Source: Candidatus Thorarchaeota archaeon (lineage in GTDB: Archaea > Asgardarchaeota > Thorarchaeia > Thorarchaeales > Thorarchaeaceae). Taken from it: a stretch of 60,506 nucleotides of DNA. A model generated the notes under the pieces. It was not told where the DNA came from, did not search any database, and was given only the letters and a program-made list of their open reading frames with translations. Position numbers and translations under genes: made by a program. The DNA is taken from the NCBI GenBank assembly GCA_016839605.1, contig JAEOTX010000150.1, positions 1-60,506 of the forward strand, given 5' to 3'. This document shows, one piece after another, positions 18,178-25,977 of the stretch (its first letter is position 1; every line of letters begins with the position of its first letter).

Positions 18178-19383
18178 ATGATAGTAGAGAAAGAGTACAC
18201 GGAAGGGAAAATCACCTTCATCAGTGCAGATGTCGATCACTACACTGAGAATAAGAAACAGCCAACATCTGACATGCCAGTCTTCATGAATCCTCGTATG
18301 CGCCTCAATCGTGACTTCTCTGTTCTCTTTCTCTCTGCGTATCTAGAAGAATCTCCGATAGAGCTTATGTGTGAGCCACTTGCAGGATGTGGTGTTAGAA
18401 CACTCCGGTATCTGAAGGAGTGTCAAGGGACATTTGATGCTCTGATGTTTGATGCTAATCCAAACGCTGTTGACATCATCAATAGAAACATCCATAGTCT
18501 AGAACTCTCTGACAGGGCCCGGGCACAGCATGGAGATGCCAAGGTGCTTCTATTGACTGAGTCCAGAGGAAAGAGGTTTGACTATGTGGATGTTGATCCC
18601 TTTGGCACGCCAGTTCCATACCTAAATGCCGCTATCCAGTCAATGAGTCCTAGAGGGGGACTACTAGCCCTCACTGCAACAGATATGGCTGCACTCTATG
18701 GCGTCTATCCCAGAGTGGCTCTCAGAAAATACGGAGGCCTCTCGATTAGGACACCATTCTCACATGAGCTCGCTGTGAGACTTGTGATTGGCCATACATT
18801 CACAGTTGCAGGAGCAAATGACTTTTCAATCGCACCCCTTGCGGTGCTAAGCACAGATCATTACATCAGAATCTGGCTCCGGGTTAAGGCTGATCGAAAT
18901 GAGGCTAATCGTCAGGCAGATGACATGGGGCTAGTCATGTATTGCCCAGAATGCATGCATGCTGAAGTCATTCCCTTGAGAAGTAGACGGGAATATGGTA
19001 AAATTGCGCATCAGAAGGATGGGTGTTCTGGAAAGCTAGGTACTGCAGGACCGCTCTGGATTGGAAGACTTTACGATACTAGCATCCTGAATACTGCAGA
19101 GCGAATTATGCCAGAAATGGAGGATGTGTTTGAGAAACGAGTCATGCGAATGCTAAAAATGATGGTTGGTGAGAGTGCCTTGGATACTCATCCGTTCATT
19201 GATATTCATGCACTCTGTGACCTTCATGCTCTAGTCCCACCGAAGCTCACCGAGATCATCTCTGCCATCAGGGAGTCCGGGAATCTTGCAGAGCGGACCC
19301 ATTTTAGGCCAACAGCTATACGAACAGATGTCAAAGCCGGAGAAGTGACCGATATTATTACTGAACTCACCGGAGCGAAGTAG
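18178..19383 (+). CDS. trm1: tRNA (guanine26-N2)-dimethyltransferase
   Basis: 401 aa. VFMNPRMRLNRD, AGCGVR, VDVDPFGTP and TATD motifs of the Trm1 family, plus a Cys cluster in the C-terminal domain. Confidence 0.9.
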   Translation: MIVEKEYTEGKITFISADVDHYTENKKQPTSDMPVFMNPRMRLNRDFSVLFLSAYLEESPIELMCEPLAGCGVRTLRYLKECQGTFDALMFDANPNAVDIINRNIHSLELSDRARAQHGDAKVLLLTESRGKRFDYVDVDPFGTPVPYLNAAIQSMSPRGGLLALTATDMAALYGVYPRVALRKYGGLSIRTPFSHELAVRLVIGHTFTVAGANDFSIAPLAVLSTDHYIRIWLRVKADRNEANRQADDMGLVMYCPECMHAEVIPLRSRREYGKIAHQKDGCSGKLGTAGPLWIGRLYDTSILNTAERIMPEMEDVFEKRVMRMLKMMVGESALDTHPFIDIHALCDLHALVPPKLTEIISAIRESGNLAERTHFRPTAIRTDVKAGEVTDIITELTGAK

Positions 19384-19385
19384 AC

Positions 19386-19994
19386 ATGGCTAGACCAAAG
19401 AAACCCCGGACAAAGGAGCACTACTACAAGTCTGCAAAGGCTCACGGATACAGAGCCAGAAGTGCGTACAAGCTCAGACAAATCGCCCAGAAATACAAGT
19501 TGCTCAATGGGGTTAATACTGTAGTTGAGCTTTGTAGTAGTCCGGGTGGATGGACCCAAGTCCTTCGGGAGATGGATCATGGTCTAGAGATAGTGGCAGT
19601 TGACCTCATTCCTATGGCTCCCGTTGAAAGAGTCACCTTCATTCAAGGTGACATTTTGGACTCCAAAGTGTTAGACCAAATCAAAACAGCGACCCGAGGA
19701 CCTGTTGACTTGGTTATATCCGACTGTGCTCCGAAGGTCTCTGGAAACTGGGACCTAGATGTTGTCAGACAGCTCTCATTAGCAGAAGGTACTCTAGAAA
19801 TGGGATTGAAGCTGTTAGATGAGAAAGGAAAAGTACTCACAAAGGTCTTCCAGGGAAGTGGATTCCAAGAGTTTCTTCAGGCAACTAAGAAGAGATATCG
19901 CTCTGTCAAACTAGTGAAGCCTGCGGCGTCACGTAGGAGTAGTGCGGAATTTTATCTGTTAGCAATAGGACCGATTGGACGATCAGATGAGTAA
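19386..19994 (+). CDS. rlmE: rRNA 2'-O-ribose methyltransferase RlmE/FtsJ
   Basis: YRARSAYKL..I, ELCSSPGGWTQV, VISDCAPKVSG and KVFQG motifs. Confidence 0.9.
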   Translation: MARPKKPRTKEHYYKSAKAHGYRARSAYKLRQIAQKYKLLNGVNTVVELCSSPGGWTQVLREMDHGLEIVAVDLIPMAPVERVTFIQGDILDSKVLDQIKTATRGPVDLVISDCAPKVSGNWDLDVVRQLSLAEGTLEMGLKLLDEKGKVLTKVFQGSGFQEFLQATKKRYRSVKLVKPAASRRSSAEFYLLAIGPIGRSDE

Positions 19995-20007
19995 ATAGAG
20001 GATTAGA

Positions 20008-20361
20008 CTAATTCGCCTGTGTGCTGATCATCCACTCTTCAATTTCTCTGCAGCTAACAGGCGAATCGGGCTGTCTAACACCGCATTTGTTTATTCTCAG
20101 ACAATGAAAACAGGGACACCCGTTCATATCGGACAAACTACCATGGTCAGCCTCATCGCTGAAGTCCGCTTTCAGCATATACTTTTCTTCCTTTTGTTCT
20201 AGTTTTTGCACTTTTATTAGCCCCTTTGACATAAGTTGCTCGATTTTTTCGGTCAGTTTCTTTGGTTTTATACCAAGGCTAGTCGCTAGTTCGTTGATGA
20301 GAAGACCCCTCTCTCCTGCCGCTCTTAGAGCGTCCTGAATTGGATCCGTTTCATCGTTCAT
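20008..20361 (-). CDS. winged-helix protein with C-terminal Cys cluster (TFE-beta/RPC34-like, tentative)
   Basis: 117 aa. N-terminal wH segment (LLINELATSLGIKPKKLTEKIEQLMSKGLI) followed by CPCFHCLRINKCGV..PVSC. Confidence 0.45.
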   Translation of the reverse strand: MNDETDPIQDALRAAGERGLLINELATSLGIKPKKLTEKIEQLMSKGLIKVQKLEQKEEKYMLKADFSDEADHGSLSDMNGCPCFHCLRINKCGVRQPDSPVSCREIEEWMISTQAN

Positions 20362-20474
20362 TGAGATGACCTTTGGCTAACACATGGCAACACACGACAT
20401 TCTACACGGATTGATATTTAGATTTCGGAAGAGGCTCTACATTTTCGACAAATAATGTACAGAAGTGTACATCA

Positions 20475-20714
20475 TCACCTGCGTTTATAGAGGTACAAGA
20501 TTTGGCCTACAAGTTTCTCAGCACTCTTCTTATCCAAGGGTCGAACAGCCACATACGGTGTTTTCACAGGTCCAAAGACATCAACAATAGTTCCGATCTT
20601 TTCGGCTTTTTTATTCACAACGACAGATCGTTCGCCCATGGCAGGGCTTTTGTCAGTTCTGAGGATTAGAGAACCCCTTTTGGAAATATGCAATACTTTT
20701 CCGAGACGTTTCAC
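20475..20714 (-). CDS. gar1: H/ACA ribonucleoprotein complex subunit Gar1
   Basis: 79 aa. MKRLGKVLHISKRGSLILR...IGTIVDVFGPVKTPYVAVRP is the archaeal Gar1 signature. Confidence 0.85.
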   Translation of the reverse strand: MKRLGKVLHISKRGSLILRTDKSPAMGERSVVVNKKAEKIGTIVDVFGPVKTPYVAVRPLDKKSAEKLVGQILYLYKRR

Positions 20715-20737
20715 CAGAATCCCTCAAATTCCCAGCA

Positions 20738-21193
20738 CTATTTCTTCTTGCCCTTGCGCTTCTTCTTGCTCTTCTTTTTCTCCGCTTCTTGCTTCGCGGA
20801 ATCACGCTGAGAAACTACCCGTCTAACACCCTTAGCTAGCATAAGCAGTAGCCTCTTCTTCTTGTGACCCTCCGAGTTCCCCAGGACGAGATAACCGCTC
20901 GCACCACTCCAATTTCTAGGATATCTCTTGTCTGGTTCCAGCTCATACTCAAAGCCTGCAGACTCTGCCGCCTTCTTTAGGATTTCAATTGTGACTTCAG
21001 GTGCGCCAAGGTTTTTCGGAACCTTGCGTCCTTGTGCCCTACTTAGGTTAGAGTCCAAGTATGCAGGCCAGACAATGACCATTCCATCGCGTTTTCTCAT
21101 GGCTGCAGGATTCTCCTTGATTCCAAAGACACGAGCCCTCAAGAGCGGTGTTCTTTTTACCCTTCCCATTCCACGAAAGCTGGACTGAAACAA
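20738..21193 (-). CDS. srp19: signal recognition particle protein SRP19 with Lys-rich tail
   Basis: [22 protein letters not shown]...[29 protein letters not shown] matches SRP19. The real start is probably ATG 21100 ([12 protein letters not shown]), which removes the overlap with the next gene. Confidence 0.85.
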   Translation of the reverse strand: MFQSSFRGMGRVKRTPLLRARVFGIKENPAAMRKRDGMVIVWPAYLDSNLSRAQGRKVPKNLGAPEVTIEILKKAAESAGFEYELEPDKRYPRNWSGASGYLVLGNSEGHKKKRLLLMLAKGVRRVVSQRDSAKQEAEKKKSKKKRKGKKK

Positions 21194-21723
21194 AGACCTT
21201 CATAAGAGCTAACAATCTGCCCAAGCGCCAAGGAGCTGTACTGATATTGGCAAGAAAAAGCAAGGACGTCTACTTCTGCGAGATTGCAGACTTGGTATCA
21301 TCGAGAAGCACTTGCCTGAGGAACCAGGTGGGAGCTGTAATCGTAAAGGAGTCACAAATCCTCAGTACAGGGTACAATGGAGCACCAAAGGGTCTGCGGC
21401 ATTGTGAAGAGGTTGGTTGCATGCGAGAGGAGCGTGGTGTTAAACCAGGCGAACGACACGAGCTATGTCGAGGGCTTCATGCTGAACAGAATGCCGTCAT
21501 CCAAGCTGCATATCATGGTGTGAGTGTAAATAGCGCCATGATGTTTTGTACAACACAGCCTTGCAGCATTTGCACAAAGATTTTGATTAATGCAGGAATC
21601 AAGGAGATAGTATACGTAGAACCGTACGAAGACGAGCTTGCGGCCCAGCTTATTGATGAGGCGGGGCTCAAAATGAGACAAGTCGAGATTCCTCGAAAAT
21701 ACGGAAGGAATTCTTCTAAGTAG
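21148..21723 (+). CDS. dCMP deaminase (ComEB family)
   Basis: [23 protein letters not shown] and [14 protein letters not shown] zinc-binding motifs. The N-terminal 33 aa look like an extension, so a TTG start at 21247 is plausible. Confidence 0.85.
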   Translation: MFFLPFPFHESWTETKTFIRANNLPKRQGAVLILARKSKDVYFCEIADLVSSRSTCLRNQVGAVIVKESQILSTGYNGAPKGLRHCEEVGCMREERGVKPGERHELCRGLHAEQNAVIQAAYHGVSVNSAMMFCTTQPCSICTKILINAGIKEIVYVEPYEDELAAQLIDEAGLKMRQVEIPRKYGRNSSK

Positions 21724-21817
21724 ATATACGCGCCAACCTTAGAAAATGGACTTTTCTCAGGAAAGTTTAAAGTACGACAGCAATTGCTCATCGGCTCAAA
21801 GGCTGGAGCGGAATCCG

Positions 21818-22732
21818 ATGGGAAAGCTGCACAATCTAATCAGTATCCACGACCTTGATAGAAAGACGATAGATTTGATTCTCAAGACTGCGGAAGAAAT
21901 GGAGTCTGTTGCTGTAGATAGATCGAATGAGTTGGGTAACCGGATTATGGCGACTCTCTTCTTTGAGCCTTCAACTAGAACTCGGCTGTCCTTTGAAAGC
22001 GCAATGATTAGGCTAGGTGGGCGTGTTCTTGGCTTTGCAGATGTAATCTCATCATCAGCCGGAGGTAAAGGTGAAACTCTTGCAGACACTATCCGCACAG
22101 TCGAAAGATATGCAGACATCATTGTGATTCGACATCCCCTAGATGGATCTGCGAGAGTTGCTGCAGAGTTCTCAAGCGTCCCTATAATCAATGCAGGAAG
22201 TGGTTCTGAAGAGCATCCAACGCAGGCCCTTCTGGACCTTTATTCTATCAAGAAGATAAAGGGCACCATAGACGGTCTCTCCATATCGCTCTGTGGTGAT
22301 CTAAGATACGGAAGAACTGTTCATTCTCTTGGTATGGCTCTCTCATATTATGATGTCAATGTCAAACTAGCTGCTCCGCCCACTTTGAGAATGAAGCCTG
22401 CAATCATTGAGGAGATGAAGAAATCGGGCATTCAGGTAACAGAAGTGGACTCTGTTGAAGATGCAATTAGTGATGTGGACGTTGTCTATATGACTCGAAT
22501 CCAGAAAGAGCGCTTTCCTGATGTGAATGAGTATGACGAAGTGAGAGGCAAGTTCAGAATCACAGAAGACGATGTCAAACTGTTACGTGAGGATGCAATT
22601 GTCCTGCATCCCCTTCCTCGTGTGGATGAGCTCTCTCCAGAGATTGATAACACTCCACATGCTAAGTATTTCGACCAGGTATACAGTGGAGTGGTCACTC
22701 GAATGGCTATTTTGAAGATGATACTTGGTTAA
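21818..22732 (+). CDS. pyrB: aspartate carbamoyltransferase catalytic subunit
   Basis: STRTRLSFE, HPTQALLD, RTVHS and HPLPR motifs. The start is set at ATG 21818 (MGKLHNLISIHDL); the track ORF begins at 21746. No pyrI follows. Confidence 0.93.
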   Translation: MGKLHNLISIHDLDRKTIDLILKTAEEMESVAVDRSNELGNRIMATLFFEPSTRTRLSFESAMIRLGGRVLGFADVISSSAGGKGETLADTIRTVERYADIIVIRHPLDGSARVAAEFSSVPIINAGSGSEEHPTQALLDLYSIKKIKGTIDGLSISLCGDLRYGRTVHSLGMALSYYDVNVKLAAPPTLRMKPAIIEEMKKSGIQVTEVDSVEDAISDVDVVYMTRIQKERFPDVNEYDEVRGKFRITEDDVKLLREDAIVLHPLPRVDELSPEIDNTPHAKYFDQVYSGVVTRMAILKMILG

Positions 22733-23454
22733 TCTGGACCTATGCCACGGAGTTCTCGAACAAGCGCGTCAACCGAGGCGATCTTACTCACCGCTAGAGG
22801 GATTCTCATCTGTTCTGAGAGCTCAAGAGCAAGTCTGTCAACTTCATCTACGCCATGAAGGATGACTAGGGTTGGCTTGAATTCTTGCGACTTGATTGCA
22901 ATCATTGGAGCGCGTCCTGTGTTTGCTTTTGTGAATATCAGACACCGTTCAGTTGTGGCACCAAAGAGCTTCAGAAATCCTTCACTGGTAAGCTCTTTTA
23001 CAGCCCGCTCAACATCAACGAGAGTATAGCCGTAAATCTCTTTGTTGAGGAGATTAGCCCCAGATTTGACGCTACATTTCAGTTTCTTGCAGAAATCATC
23101 CATGGTCATCGGAGAAAGGAAATCACTCATGGCTAGTACAATGTTGAGGTCAACAAGACTCACATCCATGAGCCGCACAAATGCGGCAATGACTTGGCCT
23201 CCATTTTGCTCGTCTAGAGATATCAGCGCCATCACAAAACGACGTATAGTTGAAGTCCCTGGTGATTTCCTCCTACCGGACTCATAATCGCTGATGACGC
23301 TTGGACTGATCCCGATATAGTCAGCAAGCTCAATTTGAGGGAGACGAAAGCGTTCCCTCCAGACTCGCATTGTCTGCCCAGGATAATCAGACAAGGCAAT
23401 TTCACCTGCAATGCGTCGTGCAAGCCTCTCCCTGACAGACGACTGCATTGACAT
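22729..23454 (-). CDS. HTH (XRE-type) transcriptional regulator with C-terminal uncharacterised domain
   Basis: LPQIELADYIGISPSVISDYESGRR is a classic XRE helix-turn-helix. Length and layout resemble the archaeal COG1395-type regulators. Confidence 0.7.
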   Translation of the reverse strand: MSMQSSVRERLARRIAGEIALSDYPGQTMRVWRERFRLPQIELADYIGISPSVISDYESGRRKSPGTSTIRRFVMALISLDEQNGGQVIAAFVRLMDVSLVDLNIVLAMSDFLSPMTMDDFCKKLKCSVKSGANLLNKEIYGYTLVDVERAVKELTSEGFLKLFGATTERCLIFTKANTGRAPMIAIKSQEFKPTLVILHGVDEVDRLALELSEQMRIPLAVSKIASVDALVRELRGIGPD

Positions 23455-23649
23455 GGCGGTATATCTTATGCCGTTTCATGATAAGGATTTCGACTATTGC
23501 CGAAGTCATTGTAGCTAATGTGTGTTCAAGTGACTATAGTGGACGGTAAGCAAATGCACGAATTCAACTCCTACTCTTTGCCTCCTTCCTGAATGGGCTT
23601 GATTCTTGATAACTCAGAAACCGGAGAAAATAGCAGGACCTTCCAAAAA

Positions 23650-23789
23650 TGGTGGGCCGGAGGAGATTCGAACTCCTGATCCCCTGGAGACCTGCTCGTA
23701 GACCTAAATGGTCAACAAGTCCCAAACCAGGAATCATTTTTGGCAAAGGTCATTACTGACTGTTTGTAGCCAAGCTAGACCACCGACCC
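23650..23789 (-). tRNA. tRNA-Pro (anticodon UGG) with two introns, CCA encoded
   Basis: Reverse complement: exon1 GGGTCGG-TG-GTCT-AGCTTGGCTA (23789-23767). Intron 1 is 30 nt (23766-23737). Exon2 is TGAT-T-CCTGG-TTTGGGA (23736-23720). Intron 2 is 32 nt (23719-23688). Exon3 is CCAGG-GGATC-AGGAG-TTCGAAT-CTCCT-CCGGCCC-A-CCA. The mature length is 78 nt. A TTATAA box at 23818-23823 lies about 30 nt upstream. The isotype call depends on this hand parse. Confidence 0.7.
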
Positions 23790-24026
23790 ATGTATCCGTC
23801 TGTGCCCCCAATTCTGGTTATAAGAATATCTCTAAAATCATGCAAAGATATCCTGATTTGTAGTCGGGCGTTCTGCCCCTCTTTCCCTTTTCTGCCAAAG
23901 CCAAGCGGTAAATTGACTCATAATATTTAAGGAGGTTTAATGTGTTTGGAATACTCCTTTTTGGGAAATAGTGCTTTATAGACTCTTTATTTTCAAAATA
24001 AAGCGATAATAGATTTCTTTCTTAAT

Positions 24027-25880
24027 AAACTTATATCCTTCAGTGATGTGAAAATGATAGGAGTTCAAATCATTTCTGGCAAACAGAACAGGGAGTGAAC
24101 TCTCAAAGAAACAGGTCAGAAACTTATATCCTTCAGGTGAAATGAATGGGTCGCTCTAGTGGTCTGATTGTCAGCGTTAAGATTCCGATACGTTGGGGCA
24201 TGATGACTAAGCGTCAGAGAACCCGACTCAATCAGATAACTGGAAGGGACAGTAGAATCATCAAAGCCTATCTTGGAGTAATTGAACGTAATGAAACGGA
24301 TTTACTAACAAGTGGAAAGCTGAATCGGGTTAATGTAAGTAAATTGGATAAACTCACGTTGACAGCTTCAAGGGGAGTGGCAGAAAGACATTATGTGCTT
24401 CACGATTTCAAGAAGCGATTTACAAATATCTCAGTAAATGAGTTTCAGGAGTGTAGGGATACTGCAGTCGCGATGTGGCAGAGCTATCTAGAAAAGGGCG
24501 GTTCCAAGCCCCTGAAGGCAAGAGGATACACTTCGAGGAAGATACCTCGATTTGTCTTCAAGCAACGATTCGAGTTTATCTACACACCTGATAGAGAAAT
24601 TAAGCATTGGCTTGTAATCCGGGATTCTCTTGATTCGTCCCGCCGGAGCAGCAGAATCCATGATAAACTTGCAATTCCATTATCGCCCTCTTCCTATCAT
24701 CTCAATAAAATGAATGAAGGGATAGTCAAAACTGTCCGTCTTTTTAGGGATTCGACCCGAAAATGGTGGGCAATATTCACGGTTACTCTACGTGTCGAAT
24801 CACTTCATTCCTTAGGAAAACCATCTGCAGTTTTTGCAATCGACCTCGGGATCAAAAAGACTGCTTGCACTGTGCTTCTCACTCGAAGTGGGTACAAGCA
24901 CGTTCGATACTGGAGGCAAGGTAAGAAAATTGGGCACATGAAACGCTACGACAAACGAGTCGCATGCCTTCAGAGAGAGAAGGAAGACCTGCTCAAGATG
25001 AATAAGGATACTCACGGCGTTGCAAAGGAACTTCGTGAGCTCAATTGCAAACGAAATAGAATAAGTATCGAATATGACAGGAAGTTGGTCAAAGACCTTT
25101 GTGACCACATCCTAGAAATCTCTGAGAAATTCGATCTGTATGTTTGCATTGGAAGAGTCAAAGGAATCCGAAACAGGGCGCGCAAGGGAAATCATAGGGG
25201 TCGCGCGTTTAGAGGAATGATTCACAGGTGGTCCTTCGCTAGAGTGAGTGAAATTCTCAAGCATAAGCTGGAAACTCTTGGATATAATTCAAGGAGGTTC
25301 TATTCAGCTCCAGAAGCGTGGACATCTATCATGTGTCATAAGTGTGGACACAAAGGAATGCGACCAAAACAGAACCTTTTCATCTGTCACACCTGCGGAT
25401 ATCGTGCAAATGCCGACCTGAATGGCGCTATCAATATTGGTAGACGTCATATCATGCTCATCCCTTCACTTAGAGATGAGAAGAAAGGACTAGGAATGTG
25501 GCTTCTTCCCAAGGAAAAGGCCACTCTGAAAGCCCGGAGGAAGAAATCTTCTTCTAAAAGGAAGTCCTCACTCTCCCAGAGGGGCCCAGCCTCAGTAGGA
25601 GAGTCCGTGGCTGATTGCTATGACCAGACTTCAGTTGTGGAGTTTGCGAGCAGTAAAGACCTCGCCATGGTAAAAGCTGTGGAAACACCGTCTGCATCCA
25701 GCAGCTCTGGTAATGTTGAATCAATGCAGCGGACAGAAGCCGGGTCCCGAAAGAGGAACCATGTTCCAGTGAAATCGGGCAAAGCTCACGTCATTTTGAA
25801 ATACAATGGTCTTTCGAAAGCTGGTGACAGCAGTCGTGAGAAGGGTGGAACACAGGAGTTTCTTGATGGTTTACTCACCA
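24027..25880 (+). mobile_element. IS200/IS605-family, tnpB-only element (E1); ends approximate
   Basis: Conserved 5' hairpin module and 3' block are shared with the second copy at 29246..31155. No tnpA is present. Boundaries are inferred only from where the two copies stop resembling each other. Confidence 0.6.
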
Positions 25881-25903
25881 ATACAAGAAGTGGGTCTTCA
25901 TAG
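24146..25903 (+). CDS. tnpB: TnpB-like RNA-guided nuclease homolog (OrfB/IS605 family) with long Ser/Lys-rich C-terminal tail
   Basis: 585 aa. RuvC-I FAIDLGIKK, zinc ribbon CHKCGH..CHTCGY and RuvC-III NADLNGAINI are present. At the canonical RuvC-II hhhExL position the sequence reads CIGRVKGI. Confidence 0.9.
   Translation: MGRSSGLIVSVKIPIRWGMMTKRQRTRLNQITGRDSRIIKAYLGVIERNETDLLTSGKLNRVNVSKLDKLTLTASRGVAERHYVLHDFKKRFTNISVNEFQECRDTAVAMWQSYLEKGGSKPLKARGYTSRKIPRFVFKQRFEFIYTPDREIKHWLVIRDSLDSSRRSSRIHDKLAIPLSPSSYHLNKMNEGIVKTVRLFRDSTRKWWAIFTVTLRVESLHSLGKPSAVFAIDLGIKKTACTVLLTRSGYKHVRYWRQGKKIGHMKRYDKRVACLQREKEDLLKMNKDTHGVAKELRELNCKRNRISIEYDRKLVKDLCDHILEISEKFDLYVCIGRVKGIRNRARKGNHRGRAFRGMIHRWSFARVSEILKHKLETLGYNSRRFYSAPEAWTSIMCHKCGHKGMRPKQNLFICHTCGYRANADLNGAINIGRRHIMLIPSLRDEKKGLGMWLLPKEKATLKARRKKSSSKRKSSLSQRGPASVGESVADCYDQTSVVEFASSKDLAMVKAVETPSASSSSGNVESMQRTEAGSRKRNHVPVKSGKAHVILKYNGLSKAGDSSREKGGTQEFLDGLLTNTRSGSS
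25839..25880 (+). ncRNA. conserved 3' block, candidate omega-RNA scaffold end / right-end element of E1
   Basis: AGAAGGGTGGAACACAGGAGTTTCTTG..GGTTTACTCACCA is nearly identical (26/27 and 12/13) to 29246-29291 on the minus strand. There it lies downstream of the tnpB stop. It contains the hairpin GGAAC-ACAGGA-GTTTC. Confidence 0.4.
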
Positions 25904-25923
25904 CCAAGCTAGGCCTCCGACCC
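25901..25923 (-). pseudogene. orphan tRNA exon-1-like fragment (acceptor 5' strand plus D-arm) with its own TATA box
   Basis: Reverse complement GGGTCGG-AG-GCCT-AGCTTGGCTA matches exon 1 of tRNA-Pro at 20 of 23 positions and ends at the same nucleotide. GGTTATAAGAATA recurs upstream (TTATAA at 25955-25960). No matching 3' part was found in the window. Confidence 0.55.
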
Positions 25924-25977
25924 AGGTTAGTAGGAGGAGGGTCCTAACTTACGGTTATAAGAATAGCGGAGTGCGGC

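Noticed and set aside
23564-23746. 60-aa ORF overlapping tRNA-Pro
   Set aside because: The region folds into a tRNA with introns, so the ORF is incidental.
23985-24003. Palindrome CTTTATTTT-C-AAAATAAAG as the IS left-end hairpin
   Set aside because: It is AT-only and not conserved at the corresponding position of E2. It is more likely a simple terminator-like or incidental AT-rich palindrome.
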